From an uncultured delta proteobacterium (lineage in GTDB: Bacteria; Desulfobacterota; Desulfobacteria; Desulfobacterales; QNYZ01): a DNA stretch of 64,000 nucleotides. The position numbers and the translations under genes were made by a program. The stretch lies in the NCBI GenBank assembly GCA_963845145.1, contig CAWJQU010000008.1, positions 288,001 to 352,000 of the forward strand, read 5' to 3'. Position 1 is the first letter of the stretch. Each line of letters starts with the position of its first letter. The notes under the pieces are model-generated. The model searched no databases. It was not told where the DNA came from and saw only the letters and a program-made list of their open reading frames with translations. Positions 62,447 through 64,000 of this stretch are shown in pieces.

Positions 62447-63434
62447 GACTCAGATTTGCAAACTCCTTAGGGTATCGATTTATCAGTTGTTCAAGTGCGG
62501 AATTAAACGGCTCGGAGCGGCCATTATCTCCAGCCAGTTCACGAGCAACCTCTAGTATCGCGGTGGCGACATGTTCAATCCCGGTTTTTCCCAGGTAAAC
62601 AACTTTTGAATCTTTGTACTGGAATTCTTCGGCAAATGGGTCCAGAAAGTCGTATTTGCCAGTTTTTTCTATAAACTTCTTTTTTAAAGCCAAATTAAAA
62701 TCAAAACCGCGCGGTGGTTTTTTAGATAAGACTCTCCGCAATGATTCTAAAATCAATTCTATTATTGTTGTCACCAGTTTGGTATTCGATGCCGAAGTAG
62801 CACGGATTACTTTACTCCCCGTCGCCGACGACTGGCTGAAATTAATCTCTTTTACGTTAAACACACCCCGTTTTTTTTTGGAAAAATATAACAGTGTTGA
62901 CAAATCCTGGTTACCACCGGGCAAATCGTTCGGGGGTTTTTCATTTATAAAACAATGGCAATGGAGAATTTCTCCATTTCGAAAAAAGAGGTCACCGCAA
63001 TGCTGATCATCAAATAGAACCTCAATACAACCCGACAGTTCTTCCGCTTTCATCCGTTTGATTAGAGCGGCCAGATCGGTAAAGTCAGAATTTAGCCCTT
63101 CATACTTGTTGTGTGCATGAAAAAGGCTAGACCAATAATAGATGTCGGATAGATCGATCTGGTAAACAGCTAATTCGAAGTTTTCAATGGCTGCAGCTTT
63201 CATCAGCTTGGTCGTGACATCACGAGTATCATACGCGTTACTCTTTTTTAATCGAAAACCACCGGCCAGATAGTCCGAATGATCGTAAAACAATATCCCC
63301 TCAGAAGATGCCGATTTGAAATATATACTGAATGTGCCGACTACTTCTTGATAATAATCGCAAAACTTTTCGATATTGACATAATAGCTGCTCACCTGAT
63401 CAACTAAAATTTTTCCTTTGGGAATTAATATCAT
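62436..63434 (-). CDS. Hypothetical protein with DUF4388-like repeats
   Basis: IPKG start, EGILFY, LSGCIEV..GDLFFRNGEI, FLDPFAEEFQY. Confidence 0.6.
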   Translation of the reverse strand: MILIPKGKILVDQVSSYYVNIEKFCDYYQEVVGTFSIYFKSASSEGILFYDHSDYLAGGFRLKKSNAYDTRDVTTKLMKAAAIENFELAVYQIDLSDIYYWSSLFHAHNKYEGLNSDFTDLAALIKRMKAEELSGCIEVLFDDQHCGDLFFRNGEILHCHCFINEKPPNDLPGGNQDLSTLLYFSKKKRGVFNVKEINFSQSSATGSKVIRATSASNTKLVTTIIELILESLRRVLSKKPPRGFDFNLALKKKFIEKTGKYDFLDPFAEEFQYKDSKVVYLGKTGIEHVATAILEVARELAGDNGRSEPFNSALEQLINRYPKEFANLSHGT

Positions 63435-63499
63435 ACTTTGCTCCGGGCACGCTTTTCATCAACCAAATGGTATTGTCTTTTTTTAAATCTTGCCATCTC

Positions 63500-63982
63500 T
63501 CACAAGCGGAGATACTTTTTTTCCTTCAATAGTTTTATCATGTACTGTTGGAACGCCAACCGTTTATCTTTTTCCTGGATTTCCATTGACAGGGAATTGA
63601 TCAATTCAGCAACGCGCTCAACGGGGAAGCTCGACCGTTGGTATCCTAAACCGGCTATTGCATCGTCAATTAAAATAGGCGCAATCGGGCCAACAATACG
63701 TGCCACAGCGGCGGATAACAATTCATAAAAAGATGCATCGAGAACGTTAGCGCTATAACGGGCTTTTTCGAGTAGTCCCTGGTTAAACAATTTTTTAGTG
63801 CTATCACGCAATTGCTCCACTGGAACATTCAAATTCCGAGCTATGTTTTTCATTGGCGTCTTGCCATCAAGAGAAACAAGCAGTTTGACCATATCCGCAT
63901 TCAATGTATAAGTTGCCTGCGGTGATTTGGCAGACAAATCGGATATTCGAAATGTTGCCCCTAAAAAAGCATTCATATCCAT
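63500..63982 (-). CDS. Hypothetical protein with wHTH-like N-terminus
   Basis: LDGKTPMKNIA..L...GLL; VGPIAPILIDDA helical domain. Confidence 0.6.
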   Translation of the reverse strand: MDMNAFLGATFRISDLSAKSPQATYTLNADMVKLLVSLDGKTPMKNIARNLNVPVEQLRDSTKKLFNQGLLEKARYSANVLDASFYELLSAAVARIVGPIAPILIDDAIAGLGYQRSSFPVERVAELINSLSMEIQEKDKRLAFQQYMIKLLKEKKYLRL

Positions 63983-64000
63983 CGGGTTTAAAGGATCTGC

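Overview
Bacterial window whose gene content suggests an anaerobic deltaproteobacterium (Desulfobacterales-like; this is inference). It has three zones. (1) About 1-19.4 kb is a mosaic accessory zone: penicillin-acylase, HAD, CMD and EamA genes, RNase R, a shortened Rho, a DEAD-box helicase and two toxin-antitoxin pairs, one of them a solo integron cassette with a clean attC. It also holds MITEs, a transposase remnant, two deletion scars (one looks like an hsdM::hsdR fusion left by loss of a type I RM locus), and a secreted-protein gene whose S74 autocleaving chaperone domain lies out of frame behind a 23-bp direct repeat. (2) About 19.5-55.8 kb is mostly housekeeping: pilD, lon, tsaB, psd, pssA, asd, greA, rpoZ, ttcA, folE2, dacB, dtd, the hcp cluster, an RND pump, nadE, dinB and ilvD. 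It also has an atypical radical SAM gene and a sigma54-driven PEP-CTERM gene. (3) 55.9-64 kb is an AT-richer, co-oriented cluster, running off the window end, that looks like an undescribed signalling system: two orphan solute-binding proteins, a Zn-ribbon/Cache/HAMP membrane protein with no output domain, a TPR-MshEN-PilZ-like protein, receivers, DUF4388-like and roadblock-like proteins. Several single-base frameshifts may be sequencing or assembly errors. No rRNA, tRNA or CRISPR array was recognised. All family calls come from motif recognition by eye, not from database searches.
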